DNA of 64,000 nucleotides, taken from assembly GCF_000006765.1 (NCBI RefSeq), contig NC_002516.2; one strand, given 5' to 3'. The notes beneath the pieces are model-generated. The model had not been told where the DNA came from. It worked only from the letters and a program-made list of their open reading frames with translations, and searched no databases. The stretch comes from Pseudomonas aeruginosa PAO1. GTDB lineage: Bacteria; Pseudomonadota; Gammaproteobacteria; Pseudomonadales; Pseudomonadaceae. Within the stretch, counting starts at the first letter, position 1. Each line of letters opens with the position of its first letter. Position numbers and translations under genes: made by a program. Below, in pieces: positions 29,929 to 40,655 of the stretch.

Positions 29929-29956
29929 ATATTATGACCATAATTAAAACCGTCAA
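29929..29956 (-). promoter_or_regulatory. SDR promoter with candidate TetR operator 3
   Basis: TTGACG-N16-TAATAT on the minus strand; perfect palindrome ATTATG-AC-CATAAT at 29931-29944. Confidence 0.65.
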
Positions 29957-30098
29957 GCCTTTATCCGTTCCAACGAGCAGGGAGGGATGAGGAAAACCTT
30001 CATGCAACCGTCACGGAAAACGCCAATAAAAGGTCAGGACCCACACCACCCCGACATGCCCTACCATGGCGTTGTCTATCGCGGGAGGATCATGCGTC

Positions 30099-30716
30099 AT
30101 GTATCACGGTGAAAGACTCAATGCCTGGACCCACCTGATCGGTGCGGTCGCCGCCTGTACCGGCGCCGTCTGGCTGACGGTCCAGGCGAGCCTCAACGGC
30201 AGTCCGTGGAAGATCGTCGGGGTCGGCGTCTACGGCGTCACCCTGACGCTGCTCTACAGCATCTCGACCGCCTACCACAGCGTGCGCGGGCGAGCGAAGG
30301 TGGTGATGCGCAAGCTCGACCACCTGTCCATCTACCTGCTGATCGCCGGCAGCTACACGCCTTTCTGCCTGGTCACGCTGCGCGGTCCCTGGGGCTGGAC
30401 GCTGTTCGGCATCGTCTGGGGCCTGGCGGTACTCGGCATGCTCCAGGAGATCAAGCCACGCTCCGAGGCGCGAGTGCTGTCGGTGGTGATCTACGCGGTG
30501 ATGGGCTGGATCGTGCTGATCGCGGTGAAACCGCTGCTCGCCGCCCTCGGCAGCGCCGGCTTCACCTGGCTGGCGGCCGGCGGCGTGCTCTATACCGTAG
30601 GGATCGTCTTCTATGCCTATGACCACCGCTTCCGCCACTGGCATGGCATCTGGCACCTGTTCGTGATCGCCGGCAGCCTCCTCCACTTCGTGGCGATCTG
30701 GCGCTACGTACTCTAG
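30099..30716 (+). CDS. Hemolysin III / PAQR-family membrane protein
   Basis: ATG at 30099, 205 aa; ERLNAWTH, STAYH, DHLSIYLLIAGSYTP and HGIWHLFV motifs. Confidence 0.92.
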   Translation: MYHGERLNAWTHLIGAVAACTGAVWLTVQASLNGSPWKIVGVGVYGVTLTLLYSISTAYHSVRGRAKVVMRKLDHLSIYLLIAGSYTPFCLVTLRGPWGWTLFGIVWGLAVLGMLQEIKPRSEARVLSVVIYAVMGWIVLIAVKPLLAALGSAGFTWLAAGGVLYTVGIVFYAYDHRFRHWHGIWHLFVIAGSLLHFVAIWRYVL

Positions 30717-30760
30717 GCGCGGTCCGGCGCGAAGCAGCGGGAGCTGGTCGCGCCGGAGGC

Positions 30761-31615
30761 TCAGCCCTTCTTCGTCCGCGACAGCGCGATGCACGCCACC
30801 ACGATCAGCACGCCGCCGGCGATGGTCAGCGCGTCCGGCACCTCGCTCCAGAACAGCCAGCCCCAGCCGGCGTTGAAGACGATGCCGATATAGCGGGTCA
30901 CCGCAACGATGGTCGCGCTCTCGTGACTGAAGGCGCGGGTTAGGAACACCTGGCCGAGTAGCGATACCACCCCGATGGCCAGCAGCAGCCCCCACTCGCG
31001 CAGCGTCGCCGGCACCACGAAGTCGTTCCACATCAGCGGGATGGCCACCAGGGTGGCCACCGCCAGGAAGTAGAAGACGATCTCGTAGGTATGGTGCCGC
31101 GCGCTCAGTTGGCGGATCGCCACCGAGGCACCGGCGGCGAACACCGCACTGAGCAGGCCGACCACGGCGTATACCGAGTAGCTGGAATAGCTGAACGGCT
31201 TGACGATCATCAGCGCGCCGAGCACCACCACCAGCAACAGCCAATAGACCGCCCGGGGAATCCGCTCGCCGAGGAACAGCGCGGAGAAGAGGATGACGAA
31301 GAACGGCGACATGTGCGCCAGGATGCTCGCGTCCGCCAGCGGGATATGGGCGATGGCGTAGAAATAGCAGACCAGGTACAGCGCCCCCATCACCCCGCGC
31401 ACCAGCAGCATCGGCACGCCCTGGCGCGACAGGGCGACACCGGCCTGGCGCATCAGCAGATAGATCAGCAGGGTACCGATGGCGCTGCGGAAGAACACGA
31501 TCTCGGCAGCCGGCAGGGTGGCGCTGGCTTCCTTGACCAGGGCGTTCATCACGCTGAAGGTGAAGGACGCCAGCACCGCCAGCAGCACCCCGCTCTTCAG
31601 CAGGTCGAGCACCAT
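30761..31615 (-). CDS. cntI: Pseudopaline exporter (EamA/DMT family)
   Basis: ATG at 31615, 284 aa, about 10 TM; last gene of the cnt cluster. Confidence 0.9.
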
Positions 31616-32898
31616 TGGCGATAGATGGCGTCCGCCGCCGGACGGCTGTCGATCGGATACAGGCTTGGATGGCACTGGCTCGCTCCTTGGCAATCGATGA
31701 ATCGGGACACGGCGTTCTCGTAGCTCGCCAACAGGCTGCGCGCCTGCGGCATGGCCAGGTCGAAGTGGGCGGCCAGCGCGACGATCAGCGCCAGCTTGCG
31801 ATAGTCCTCCAGCGGCACCCGCGGGAGCCGCCAGAGTCCGTCTTCGTCGCGACTGACGCGGCGGAACGGCACGGCGGAAAAGTCGAAGTGGCGACCCTGC
31901 TCGTCGGCCGGAGAGAACGGATCGACCAGCAACGCCGCATAGCGCACGAACAGCAGGTATTCCTGGCGCTCGGCGCCCGCCTCGGCGAAGCCGTCGATGG
32001 ACGCGCGCGGCAGCATCGTCTCGTGCACCGGGTAGTTGTCGTCGTTGAGGAACCGCAGCAGGTTCAACGGCTCGGCGCCCATCCGCCGCAACAGTTCGCT
32101 CAGCTCGCACCACAGCCGCCGCATGGCGCCAATGGCCCCGGGGGTGATAGGTCCCTCCGGGTAGAGCTTGTACATGAAACCGGGCGGCCCCTGCTCGGAA
32201 AGTATCCGGGCGAGGGCGAACTCGCCGAGAAAGAACGGACTGTGCACGTAGGTGGTGACGTTGCGGCCCTCCGCCGCTTCCGGCGTCGCCAGGGGTACCA
32301 CCTCCACCCCGCTGCCGGCCAGGACTCGCCGCCAGGTCTCCCGCGCCGGGCAGTCCGGCCGGCTGGAACCCAGGTAGACCCTGCGCTTGACCGCCTTGGT
32401 CAGGGCCCGCAGCGGTTGTGTCTCGTCGATCACCTTGGTCGCCGCGTAGTAGCTGGACAGGCTCAGCACGGTCGCCTGGCACCCCGCCGGCAGGGCGCTG
32501 CGCACCAGCAGGTTGGCGCCGATGAAGGCGGACACCAGCAGCAGCGTGCGCACCCCGCCGAGTCGCTCCCAGGGCAACCCGCGGACCACGTCCAGGTAAC
32601 TGTCGGCCGGCACGCAGAGCACCAGGGTCTGCCAATCGTCGCGAAGCTCAGCGGGGTCCTGGTGGAAGACGTCCAGCGCGGCGTTGCCGGACAGCCAGCG
32701 ATGCTGCCCCTGCCCTTCCAGCTGCAGGCAGGCGCCGCGCGCCAGGGCCTCGGCGATCCGCTGGCTGCGCCGGCCGGGATGGTTCAGCGCGCCGAGGCGA
32801 CCGGCACCGTGGCGGCGCAGGTCCAGCGCGACCTGGATCGCCACCGCGCCCAGACCGACCAGCAGGACGTTGCCCAGGCTCTCATCAGCGGCATTCAT
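31597..32898 (-). CDS. cntM: Pseudopaline synthase (opine dehydrogenase)
   Basis: ATG at 32898 (ATGA overlap with cntL), 433 aa; VGLGAVA Rossmann start, [26 protein letters not shown]. Confidence 0.93.
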
Positions 32899-33686
32899 CG
32901 ACCGGCCTTCTCCAGGATCAGGGTGTCGTACAGCGGCTGGCTGACCCGCTCCGCGCAAACCCGCCAGCCATCCAGTTCGGCCGGCTCCACCGGATAGTTG
33001 AACAGTCCCTTGATGCCGCTGCCGTGACGCAGCAGGACCTTGGCGTCGGCGCGCATGACCTGGCGGATCTGCGCCAGCACCGCGCTTTTCTGCTGCACCA
33101 GCGAAGCGATCAGGAAATGCGTGGCATCGCGGGAAAACGCCAGTTCCGCCGGCGGCAGCGAGGAAAACTGCATGCGCGCCTCCAGCCCCTGGCAGCGGGC
33201 GATCTCGCGGGCACAGCCCAGGGCCTCCTCGTCGATGTCCAGGCAGCACAAATGTGCGCCGACCTCCCGCGCCAGCACCAGGGCCGAGGTCGGCAGGGCA
33301 CCGGAGCCGACGAACAGGACCCGTGCATCGGCATCTATCCCGGCGCTGTCGAGTTCGCCGCGGATGGATTCCAGCAGGCTACCCAGGTAGCGGCCCATCT
33401 CGCCGGGCTCATGCAGCACGCCCTGGCAAAGGTGCTTCTCCAGTTCGCAGAGGGCCTGCACCGCCGCGTCGCGCAGGCGCAGGCCGAGCGCCTGCAACGC
33501 AGGGTCGTCCGAATCGGCCTGCCACTGCGCCCGGCTGCAATCCTCCCCGATCAGTCCGCTCAGACGGTCGAGCTTGCGCCTGAGGATCTCGTAGCAGCCG
33601 CAACACTCGCGGGCATAGACGGTGAGCAGGCGAATCTCGCATTCCAGTTCGCGGAGGGTTTCCAGCAGCGGTGTGCGTCCTTGCAT
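32895..33686 (-). CDS. cntL: Nicotianamine-synthase-like SAM-dependent aminobutyryl transferase
   Basis: 263 aa; [16 protein letters not shown]-binding loop, [16 protein letters not shown]. Confidence 0.93.
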
Positions 33687-33715
33687 GGCATGGCTTCCTG
33701 GCGGCGGTAGAGGGC

Positions 33716-35842
33716 TCAGTAGTTCAGGGTCAGGCTCATGGTCAGGTTGCGCGGCTCGCCGGGGGCGACCCAGACGTTGTTATAGGAACGCTCGTAGTAG
33801 CGACGATCGAAGAGGTTGTTGACGTTCACCCCGAGGGTGGCATTGCTCGCCAGCGGATAGCGCGCGAGCAGGTCGACGGTGGTGTAGGCCGGCAGTTCGA
33901 AGCCGCTGTCGCTGCTGTCGCCGGCGCGCTCGCCGACATAGTTGACCGCCGCGCCGGCATCGGCGCCGTGCAGCCAGCCTTCGCGGAACTCGTAGACGCC
34001 CATCAGGCTGCCGCTGTGCTTCGGCACGTTGAGCAGGCGGCTGCCGCGAGCGATGTTCTCATCCTTGGTCACTTCGGCGTCGATATAGGCGTAGGCGCCG
34101 ATCAGCCGCAACTGCTCGGTGAGCTGGCCGCTGAACTGCAGGTCGAAGCCCTGGCTGCGCGCCTCGCCGGCGGTCTGCTGGTAACCGGGATTGCTCGGGT
34201 CGGCGGTGAGCACGTTCTTCTTTTTCAGGTGGAACGCGGCGAGGGTCATGCCCAGCCGGCCATCGAGCAGGTCGAGCTTCACCCCCGCCTCGTAGCCGCG
34301 CCCCTCCTCCGGGTCGAAGGCCTTGCCGGCCATGTCGGTACCGCCATTGGGCTTGAAGGATTTCGAGGCGTTGGCGAACAGGCCGACCTCCGGGGTCGCC
34401 TGGTACAGCACGCCGATGCGCGGGGTGGCGGCACGCTGGGTCTGCTGCGAGCTGGTTTCGCGGAAGCGGCCATTGTTCAGGCGCGTGGCGTTCATGTCCT
34501 GGCGGTAGCGGTCGAAGCGCACGCCGAGCAGGCCGCGCCATTTCTCGCTGAACTCGATCTGGTCCTGCAGGTTGAGGGCCATCGCGTCGACTTCCTCGTG
34601 GTTGCGGTCGTCGCGTCCGAAGGGTGGTTTCGGCTGGCCGTAGACCGGCCGGCGGATGTCGATGGCATAGGGGTTGCGCGACGGGATGCTACGCAGGATC
34701 AGTTCGTCGTTGTGGTAGCGCTCGTACTCGAGGCCCATCAGCAACTGGTGGCGGATCGAGCCGGTATGGAGGTCGCCGAGCAGGTCGAGCTGGGTGATGC
34801 TGTCGTGCCACTCGAAGTCGCGGTAGCGGTACTCCCGGCGCAGGCTGTAGCCGTCGGCGGCGAGGCTGGAGTTCTCCGAGGCGTAGCCGTCCAGGTGGCC
34901 ATGCTTGTAGTGGCTGGCCAGGCGCAGGCTCCACTGCTCGTTGAAGTGATGGCGCAGGGTGGCCTGGAGGGTTTCGTTGTTGTTGTCGATCTTGCCGTCG
35001 TCCGGTTCGCCGAAGAACCGCGAGCGCGGCAGGCTGCCCAGGTGGTTGTGCGGCGCCACGGTGCCGCGGTCGAAGACCTGGCGGTTGCGCACCACCTCGG
35101 CTTCCACCAGCAACGAGGTGTCCGGGTCCAGTTGCCAGCTGATCGATGGCGCCACCAGCAGGCGCTGGCCGTCGGCGTAGTCGCGGAAGCCCTTGCTGTC
35201 CTCCACCGCCAGGTTCATCCGGTAGAGCAGGTCGCCCTCTTCGTCCAGCGGCGTGTTCAGGTCCAGGGTCGAGCGGTAGCGGTCCCAACTGCCGGCGCTG
35301 GCATGCAGGCGGGCGAAGCGCTCGGCCTGGGGCTTCTTGGTCACCAGGTTCACCGTGCCGCCGGGATCGCCGCGCCCGTACAGGCTGGAGGCCGGTCCCT
35401 TGAGGATTTCCACGCGCTCGATGGTGGCGCTGTCCGGGGCGTTCATATAGCCGCGGTTGGCGCTGAAGCCGTCGCGGTAGAACTCCGAAGTGGTGAAGCC
35501 ACGGACGTTGTACTCGAACATCGTCAGGCCGCCGAAGTTGTTCTGCCGCGAGACCCCGCCGGCGAAGTCCAGCGCCCGTTCGATACGAGCGCTGTCAAGG
35601 TCGTCGAGCACCTGGCGCGGCACCACGCTGATGGCTTGCGGGATGTCCTCGATACGGGTGTCGGTGCGCGTCGCGCTGGCCGTCCGATTGGCCCGGTAGC
35701 CCTGCACCGGGCCCTCCGCGCGCTCCGCTTCGGCGGTGACAGTGAGGACCTCCAGCTCCGCGGGACTTTCCGTTTCCGCCCAGAGCGCCGGACTGCTGCA
35801 ACCGAGGCCGACACCGAGGACAAGCGACACACTGACTCTCAT
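33716..35842 (-). CDS. cntO: TonB-dependent pseudopaline receptor
   Basis: ATG at 35842, 708 aa (alternative GTG at 35854); plug motif ERVEILKGPASSLYG..PGGTVN; C-terminal PGEPRNLTMSLTLNY. Confidence 0.93.
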   Translation of the reverse strand: MRVSVSLVLGVGLGCSSPALWAETESPAELEVLTVTAEAERAEGPVQGYRANRTASATRTDTRIEDIPQAISVVPRQVLDDLDSARIERALDFAGGVSRQNNFGGLTMFEYNVRGFTTSEFYRDGFSANRGYMNAPDSATIERVEILKGPASSLYGRGDPGGTVNLVTKKPQAERFARLHASAGSWDRYRSTLDLNTPLDEEGDLLYRMNLAVEDSKGFRDYADGQRLLVAPSISWQLDPDTSLLVEAEVVRNRQVFDRGTVAPHNHLGSLPRSRFFGEPDDGKIDNNNETLQATLRHHFNEQWSLRLASHYKHGHLDGYASENSSLAADGYSLRREYRYRDFEWHDSITQLDLLGDLHTGSIRHQLLMGLEYERYHNDELILRSIPSRNPYAIDIRRPVYGQPKPPFGRDDRNHEEVDAMALNLQDQIEFSEKWRGLLGVRFDRYRQDMNATRLNNGRFRETSSQQTQRAATPRIGVLYQATPEVGLFANASKSFKPNGGTDMAGKAFDPEEGRGYEAGVKLDLLDGRLGMTLAAFHLKKKNVLTADPSNPGYQQTAGEARSQGFDLQFSGQLTEQLRLIGAYAYIDAEVTKDENIARGSRLLNVPKHSGSLMGVYEFREGWLHGADAGAAVNYVGERAGDSSDSGFELPAYTTVDLLARYPLASNATLGVNVNNLFDRRYYERSYNNVWVAPGEPRNLTMSLTLNY

Positions 35843-35861
35843 GGGAAATCGCACCAGAAAA

Positions 35862-35884
35862 GAAATGATATACTATAACGCTAC
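35862..35884. promoter_or_regulatory. Zur box shared by cntO and the divergent gene
   Basis: GAAATGATATA-C-TATAACGCTAC versus consensus GAAATGTTATA-N-TATAACATTTC (4 mismatches). Confidence 0.8.
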
Positions 35885-35983
35885 CAGTTCGATTCCGGCC
35901 TCGCAATACAATGCCCGGCTCTATCTCGCTTCTCGCCGCCAGGCTGTGATACTCATCCCTCTTTTCCGACGACCAGCCCAGCC

Positions 35984-37138
35984 ATGCCCAACTCCATCTC
36001 CAATTCCTCCCGCCTGCACAGCATCGACGCCCTGCGCGGCCTGGTGATGCTGTTCATGCTGCTCGACCATGTCCGCGAGACCTTTTTCCTGCACCGCCAG
36101 GTCGGCGACCCGATGGACGTCGCCAGCACCGAGCCGGCGCTGTTCCTCAGCCGCACCCTGGCGCACCTGTGCGCGCCGGTGTTCGTCTTCCTCACCGGCC
36201 TGTCGGCATTCCTCTACGGCGAGAAGCACCAGGGACGCCGGGCGGTCTCGGCGTTCCTGTTCAAGCGCGGGTTGTTCCTGGTGGCGCTGGAACTGACCCT
36301 GGTGAACTTCGCCTGGACCTTCCAGTTGCCGCCGACGGTGATCTACCTCCAGGTGATCTGGGCGATCGGCCTGAGCATGCTCGCCCTGGCCGCCCTGCTC
36401 TGGTTGCCGCGCCCTCTGCTCGCGGCGCTCGGCGTGCTGCTGGTGGCCGGCCACAACCTGCTCGATCCGCTGCATTTCGCTCCCGGCTCGGCCTGGCACC
36501 TGCCGTGGGCGGTGCTCCACGACCGCGGCTGGATCGAAGCGGGCGACGCCCTGCGCCTGCGCACCTCCTACCCCCTGCTGCCGTGGATCGGTGTGATCGC
36601 CCTGGGCTATGCCGCAGGCAACTGGTTCAGCGGCGCCACGCCGGCAACCACGCGCCGACGCTACCTCCTGGCGGGCGGTGGCGGGCTGCTGCTCGGCTTC
36701 ATCCTGCTGCGCCTGCTCAACGGCTATGGCGAGAAACCCTGGGCCTTCGGCGAGACGCCGGCGATCACCCTGATGGGCTTCTTCAACGTCACCAAGTATC
36801 CGCCGTCGCTGCTGTTCCTCGCCCTCACCCTGGGAATCGGCCTGCTGCTCCTGGCCTGGTTCGAACGCCTGGACTGGAGCGGTCGCGGCAAGGCCCTGGT
36901 GGCGTTCGGCGGAGCGCCGATGTTCTTCTACCTGCTGCATCTCTACCTACTGAAGCTGCTGTACCTGCTGGCGCTGGCGATCTGGGGCGCCAACCGGGGC
37001 GACTACTTCGGTTTCTCCTCGGTGCCGGCGCTATGGCTGTGCAGCATCCTGCTGGCCGTGGCGCTGTACCCGGCGGTGCACTGGTTCGCCGGTTTCAAGG
37101 CGCGGCGGCGGGATATCGCCTGGTTGAAATACTTCTGA
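35984..37138 (+). CDS. DUF1624 / HGSNAT-like membrane acyltransferase-family protein
   Basis: 384 aa multi-TM; RLHSIDALRG..MLLDH, HLCAPVFVFLTG and KYPPSL motifs. Confidence 0.82.
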   Translation: MPNSISNSSRLHSIDALRGLVMLFMLLDHVRETFFLHRQVGDPMDVASTEPALFLSRTLAHLCAPVFVFLTGLSAFLYGEKHQGRRAVSAFLFKRGLFLVALELTLVNFAWTFQLPPTVIYLQVIWAIGLSMLALAALLWLPRPLLAALGVLLVAGHNLLDPLHFAPGSAWHLPWAVLHDRGWIEAGDALRLRTSYPLLPWIGVIALGYAAGNWFSGATPATTRRRYLLAGGGGLLLGFILLRLLNGYGEKPWAFGETPAITLMGFFNVTKYPPSLLFLALTLGIGLLLLAWFERLDWSGRGKALVAFGGAPMFFYLLHLYLLKLLYLLALAIWGANRGDYFGFSSVPALWLCSILLAVALYPAVHWFAGFKARRRDIAWLKYF

Positions 37139-37190
37139 GGCGCGGAGCATCCAGGAGCCGCTGGAAACGTCCGGCCCTTCCCCCCCACGG

Positions 37191-37221
37191 GTAGGACGAA
37201 TGCTGCGAAGCGTTATCCGCC
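37191..37221 (+). repeat. Single degenerate GTAG-type REP
   Basis: GTAGGACGAATGCTGCGAAGCGTTATCCGCC; shares the GTTATCCGCC arm with the 61-kb REPs. Confidence 0.5.
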
Positions 37222-37312
37222 GGACACAGCAGGCAACCACGCCGACGTCCACCGCCGGCAGGGAAGTAGAAATGAAGGGTTGCGCGGAACTCCCAGACAA
37301 CGGAAACGAAAC

Positions 37313-37341
37313 GGCCGGCGGGCGCCTCGCGCCCGCCGGCC
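37313..37341 (-). terminator. Intrinsic terminator of speA
   Basis: 13-bp perfect stem GGCCGGCGGGCGC/GCGCCCGCCGGCC followed on the minus strand by GTTTCGTTT. Confidence 0.7.
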
Positions 37342-37380
37342 ATTGCCTGGTTCGCTTCCCGTCGCCGACGGGCTAGCCAG

Positions 37381-39291
37381 TCAGGACAGGTACGCCGAGC
37401 GGGTCAGCCCCAGGCGCAGCGCATCCAGGTACTGGTTGCGCTCGCGGGCGGTGAGCTTGGCCCCGGCGACCTTGTCGCGGTAGAGGGTCATCAGTTCCTC
37501 CGGCGACAGGTGCACGTAGCGCAGCATGTCCTCGATGGTGTCGTGGGTCTCGATGCCGGCGTGATAGATGCCGCCGTCTGCGCGCTGGTAGACGTTCACC
37601 GAGTCGGTGTCGCCGAACAGGTTGTGCATGTCGCCGAGGATCTCCTGGTAGGCGCCGACCAGGAATACCCCGATCAGGTAGTCCTCGCCCTCCTTCACCT
37701 CGTGCACCGGCAGGCTGGTCTCGATGCTCTGCTCGTCGACGTACTGGGTGATCTTGCCGTCGGAGTCGCAGGTCAGGTCCTGCAGTACCGCGCGCCGATC
37801 CGGCTCCTCGCCCAGGCGGTGCAGCGGCAGGATCGGCAGCACCTGGCCGATGGCCCAGGTATCCGGCAGGCTCTGGAACACCGAGAAGTTGCAGATGTAC
37901 TTGTCGGCGAGCTTGTCGTTGAGTTCGTCGAGGACCTGCCGGTGGGAGCGCTGGCGGGCCTTGAGCTGGTTGTGCAGGCGCCGGCAGATAGCGAAGTAGC
38001 ACTGCTCGGCGAGGGCTTTCTGCGCCAGGCTGATCTTGCCGTCGGCATACTGCGCGGCGGCGTCGCCGATGTAGTGGGTGGCGCGCCAGTAGGTCTCGGT
38101 GACCATCTCGGCATCGGTCGGGCCGAGCAGTTCGGCCAGCCAGCGGACGATCTCCGGCTGCTCGTCGAGATCGACGATCTTCGGCACGTCGTCGTTGTGC
38201 CGCTCGACGTCGGTGACCTGGGTGATCAGCACCGCATGGTGCGCGGTCAGCGCCCGGCCGCTCTCCGAGAAGATGTGCGGATGCGGCAGGCCCTGGGCGT
38301 CGCAGAACTCCTTGAGCATGCCGACCACCACGCCGGCATAGTCATCGATGTCGTAGTTGATCGAGCTGGCGTTGCGCGAATGGGTGCCGTCGTAGTCGAC
38401 GCCGAGGCCGCCGCCAACGTCGATGTGATCCACCGGCAGGCCGAGCGCGCGCAGCTCGCCGTAGTAGCGGATGGCTTCCTTGAAGCCGTGCTGGTAGTCG
38501 GCCAGGTTGGCGATCTGCGAGCCCATGTGGAAATGCAGCAGGCGCACGCCCTGGTCGAGACCGGCCTGGCGGAAGCGCTCGACCACCGACAGCAGCTGGG
38601 CGGCGGAAAGGCCGAACTTGGCCTTCTCGCCACCGGTGTCTGCCCACTTCGACGAAGCCAGCGAGGACAGCCGCACGCGCAGGCCGACCTGGGGCTGCAC
38701 GCCGACGTTGGCGGCCTCCTCGATCACCAGCTGCACCTCGGATTCCTTCTCGATCACGATGAACACGTTGTGCCCGAGCTTCTGCCCCATCAGCGCCAGC
38801 TTGATGAACTCGCGGTCCTTGTAGCCGTTGCAGACGATGGTGCCGCCCTTCGGGGCCAGCGCCAGCACCGCCATGAGTTCCGGCTTGGAGCCTGCCTCCA
38901 GGCCGATGGAGACGTTCTCGGTGGCGATGATGTTCTCCACCACCGCTTCCTGCTGGTTGACCTTGATCGGATACAGCGCGGTATAGCGGCTCTGGTATTC
39001 GAGGCGCTCGATGTTCGCGTCGAAGGCGCCGGTGAGCTTGCGCACGCGGTCCTGCAGGATATCCGGGAAGCGCACCAGCAGCGGCAGGCTCAGGCCCGCC
39101 TCGCGCAGCTGGCCGACCAGCTCGTAGAGATCGATGGGCGTCGAGTCGGCACCCTGCGGACGCACTTCGACATTGCCGCCATCGTTGATGGCGAAATAAC
39201 CCGCACCCCAGTGGCGGATGCCGTATACGCCGCGGCTGTCGGCCACGGTCCAGTTGCTGCCATCGTCTTTGCGAGTCCGTCGAGCGGCCAT
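37381..39291 (-). CDS. speA: Biosynthetic arginine decarboxylase
   Basis: ATG at 39291 with GAGGAG SD, 636 aa; YPIKVNQ (PLP Lys), [30 protein letters not shown]. Confidence 0.97.
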   Translation of the reverse strand: MAARRTRKDDGSNWTVADSRGVYGIRHWGAGYFAINDGGNVEVRPQGADSTPIDLYELVGQLREAGLSLPLLVRFPDILQDRVRKLTGAFDANIERLEYQSRYTALYPIKVNQQEAVVENIIATENVSIGLEAGSKPELMAVLALAPKGGTIVCNGYKDREFIKLALMGQKLGHNVFIVIEKESEVQLVIEEAANVGVQPQVGLRVRLSSLASSKWADTGGEKAKFGLSAAQLLSVVERFRQAGLDQGVRLLHFHMGSQIANLADYQHGFKEAIRYYGELRALGLPVDHIDVGGGLGVDYDGTHSRNASSINYDIDDYAGVVVGMLKEFCDAQGLPHPHIFSESGRALTAHHAVLITQVTDVERHNDDVPKIVDLDEQPEIVRWLAELLGPTDAEMVTETYWRATHYIGDAAAQYADGKISLAQKALAEQCYFAICRRLHNQLKARQRSHRQVLDELNDKLADKYICNFSVFQSLPDTWAIGQVLPILPLHRLGEEPDRRAVLQDLTCDSDGKITQYVDEQSIETSLPVHEVKEGEDYLIGVFLVGAYQEILGDMHNLFGDTDSVNVYQRADGGIYHAGIETHDTIEDMLRYVHLSPEELMTLYRDKVAGAKLTARERNQYLDALRLGLTRSAYLS

Positions 39292-39540
39292 GCGCGGTGA
39301 TCTCCTCAATGTTCGGGGTCGGGCGGGCGCCGGGATCTCCGGATGGCCCTGGGCCGGCACGCCTGTGGTGGAGGCTAGCCGGAGGATGTGACGTTGCCGT
39401 GTTGACCGCCACACTGGGCGGTAGTTTAGGAAAGCCGAGAAAATCCGCTCATGCGGGTATCCGCAGTCTCCCATCTAGGGAAAGGGCTGGCGCGGCCTCG
39501 CGGTGCCGGACCTGCCCGCTCTCTGCAGGGGAGAACGCGG

Positions 39541-39912
39541 TCAGCCGCCGGACTTCTTCGCCTTGAAACCGCGCTTGAGGAGTTCGTCGATCAGCAGTTC
39601 GACATGCTCGCCCTGGATCTCCACCACGCCGTCCTTGAGACTGCCGCCGGTGCCGCAGCGCCGCTTCAGCGCGCTGGCCAGCTCCTTGAGCGCATCGCCG
39701 GCGAGCGACAGGCCACTGATGGTGGTCACCGTCTTGCCGCCGCGGCCCTTGGTCTCGCGGCGCACGCGCGCGATCCCGTCGCCGACAGGCGCTACGGCCT
39801 GCCCGCAGATGCAGGCGTCTTTGGGTTGCTGGCAGTCCGGGCAATGCCGGCCGCCATCCGTGGAATACACCAGCCCGCCGAGGGCGGACAGGGACGAAGC
39901 TTTTTTGACCAC
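39541..39912 (-). CDS. yciH: SUI1/YciH translation-initiation-factor-like protein
   Basis: 123 aa; RRETKGRGGKTVT, LKRRCGTGG and IQGEH motifs. Confidence 0.9.
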   Translation of the reverse strand: MVKKASSLSALGGLVYSTDGGRHCPDCQQPKDACICGQAVAPVGDGIARVRRETKGRGGKTVTTISGLSLAGDALKELASALKRRCGTGGSLKDGVVEIQGEHVELLIDELLKRGFKAKKSGG

Positions 39913-40115
39913 CGGGCGTTTCCCCCAGAATGGCCTCGACGGGCCAGGTCAACAACGATGGCCGGCGGGAGCCGACCGCGACGCCCCACTCAGGCAGGGG
40001 CTGCGCAGGGGCGGCATGGGGACCGCCCGAAAAGGTCGCGCAATTTAGCAGCATTGCGAGCAAATGCTAAGAGCGAAAATGCGCCATTGATCGGTGAAAT
40101 GGCGACATCCGCGGC

Positions 40116-40652
40116 TCAGGCGTCCAGGTACAGGCGCAACGCCTGCAGGGAATCGGGGCAGTACGGCAGGCTGCGAGCCTCCTCCAGCGCCAGTTCGGGA
40201 CGGATGAAGCGGGCCTCGGAGATTTCCTCCGCCTGCAGGCGCAAGGGCGCATCGGAGACGGCGGAAAACACCGCGCACCAGAGCCGGTTGCCCGGTTCGT
40301 CGAAGAAGAAGCGACCATGTTCGCGCAGGACCGCGTCGCGGATTCCCAGCTCTTCCTCCAGTTCGCGGGCGGCGGAGTCGGCGTAGGGCTCGCCGGCCTG
40401 GACCATGCCGCCGGCGGCGAGGTCCCAGTACCCGGGATAGACCGCCTTGCTCAGGGTCCGGCGCTGCACGCACAGCTCGCCGGCGGAGTTGAACAGCAGG
40501 ATGAAGGTGCCGCGACCGATCAGCCCGCGCTCGCGCAGCTCCGCGCGCGGCAGGCTACCGAGCGGGCGGTCCTGCTCGTCGACCCAGGCGATGAGTTCGG
40601 CGTCGGAGGCGGCCCGGTGGGCCACCTCTTCGGCGCTGATCGGCGCGGCCAT
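40116..40652 (-). CDS. NUDIX hydrolase (YfcD-like)
   Basis: 178 aa; GGMVQAGEPYADSAARELEEELG Nudix box. Confidence 0.9.
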   Translation of the reverse strand: MAAPISAEEVAHRAASDAELIAWVDEQDRPLGSLPRAELRERGLIGRGTFILLFNSAGELCVQRRTLSKAVYPGYWDLAAGGMVQAGEPYADSAARELEEELGIRDAVLREHGRFFFDEPGNRLWCAVFSAVSDAPLRLQAEEISEARFIRPELALEEARSLPYCPDSLQALRLYLDA

Positions 40653-40655
40653 GGG

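Noticed and set aside
29900-30060. Horizontally acquired AT-rich island
   Set aside because: Too short; explained by divergent promoters and the TetR-like operator. No mobility genes or flanking direct repeats.
39292-39540. Arg-sensing leader peptide or riboswitch upstream of speA
   Set aside because: Only an 8-codon ORF without an SD (MSGFSRLS) and short generic hairpins; no recognisable motif. A covariance-model search would be needed to exclude it fully.
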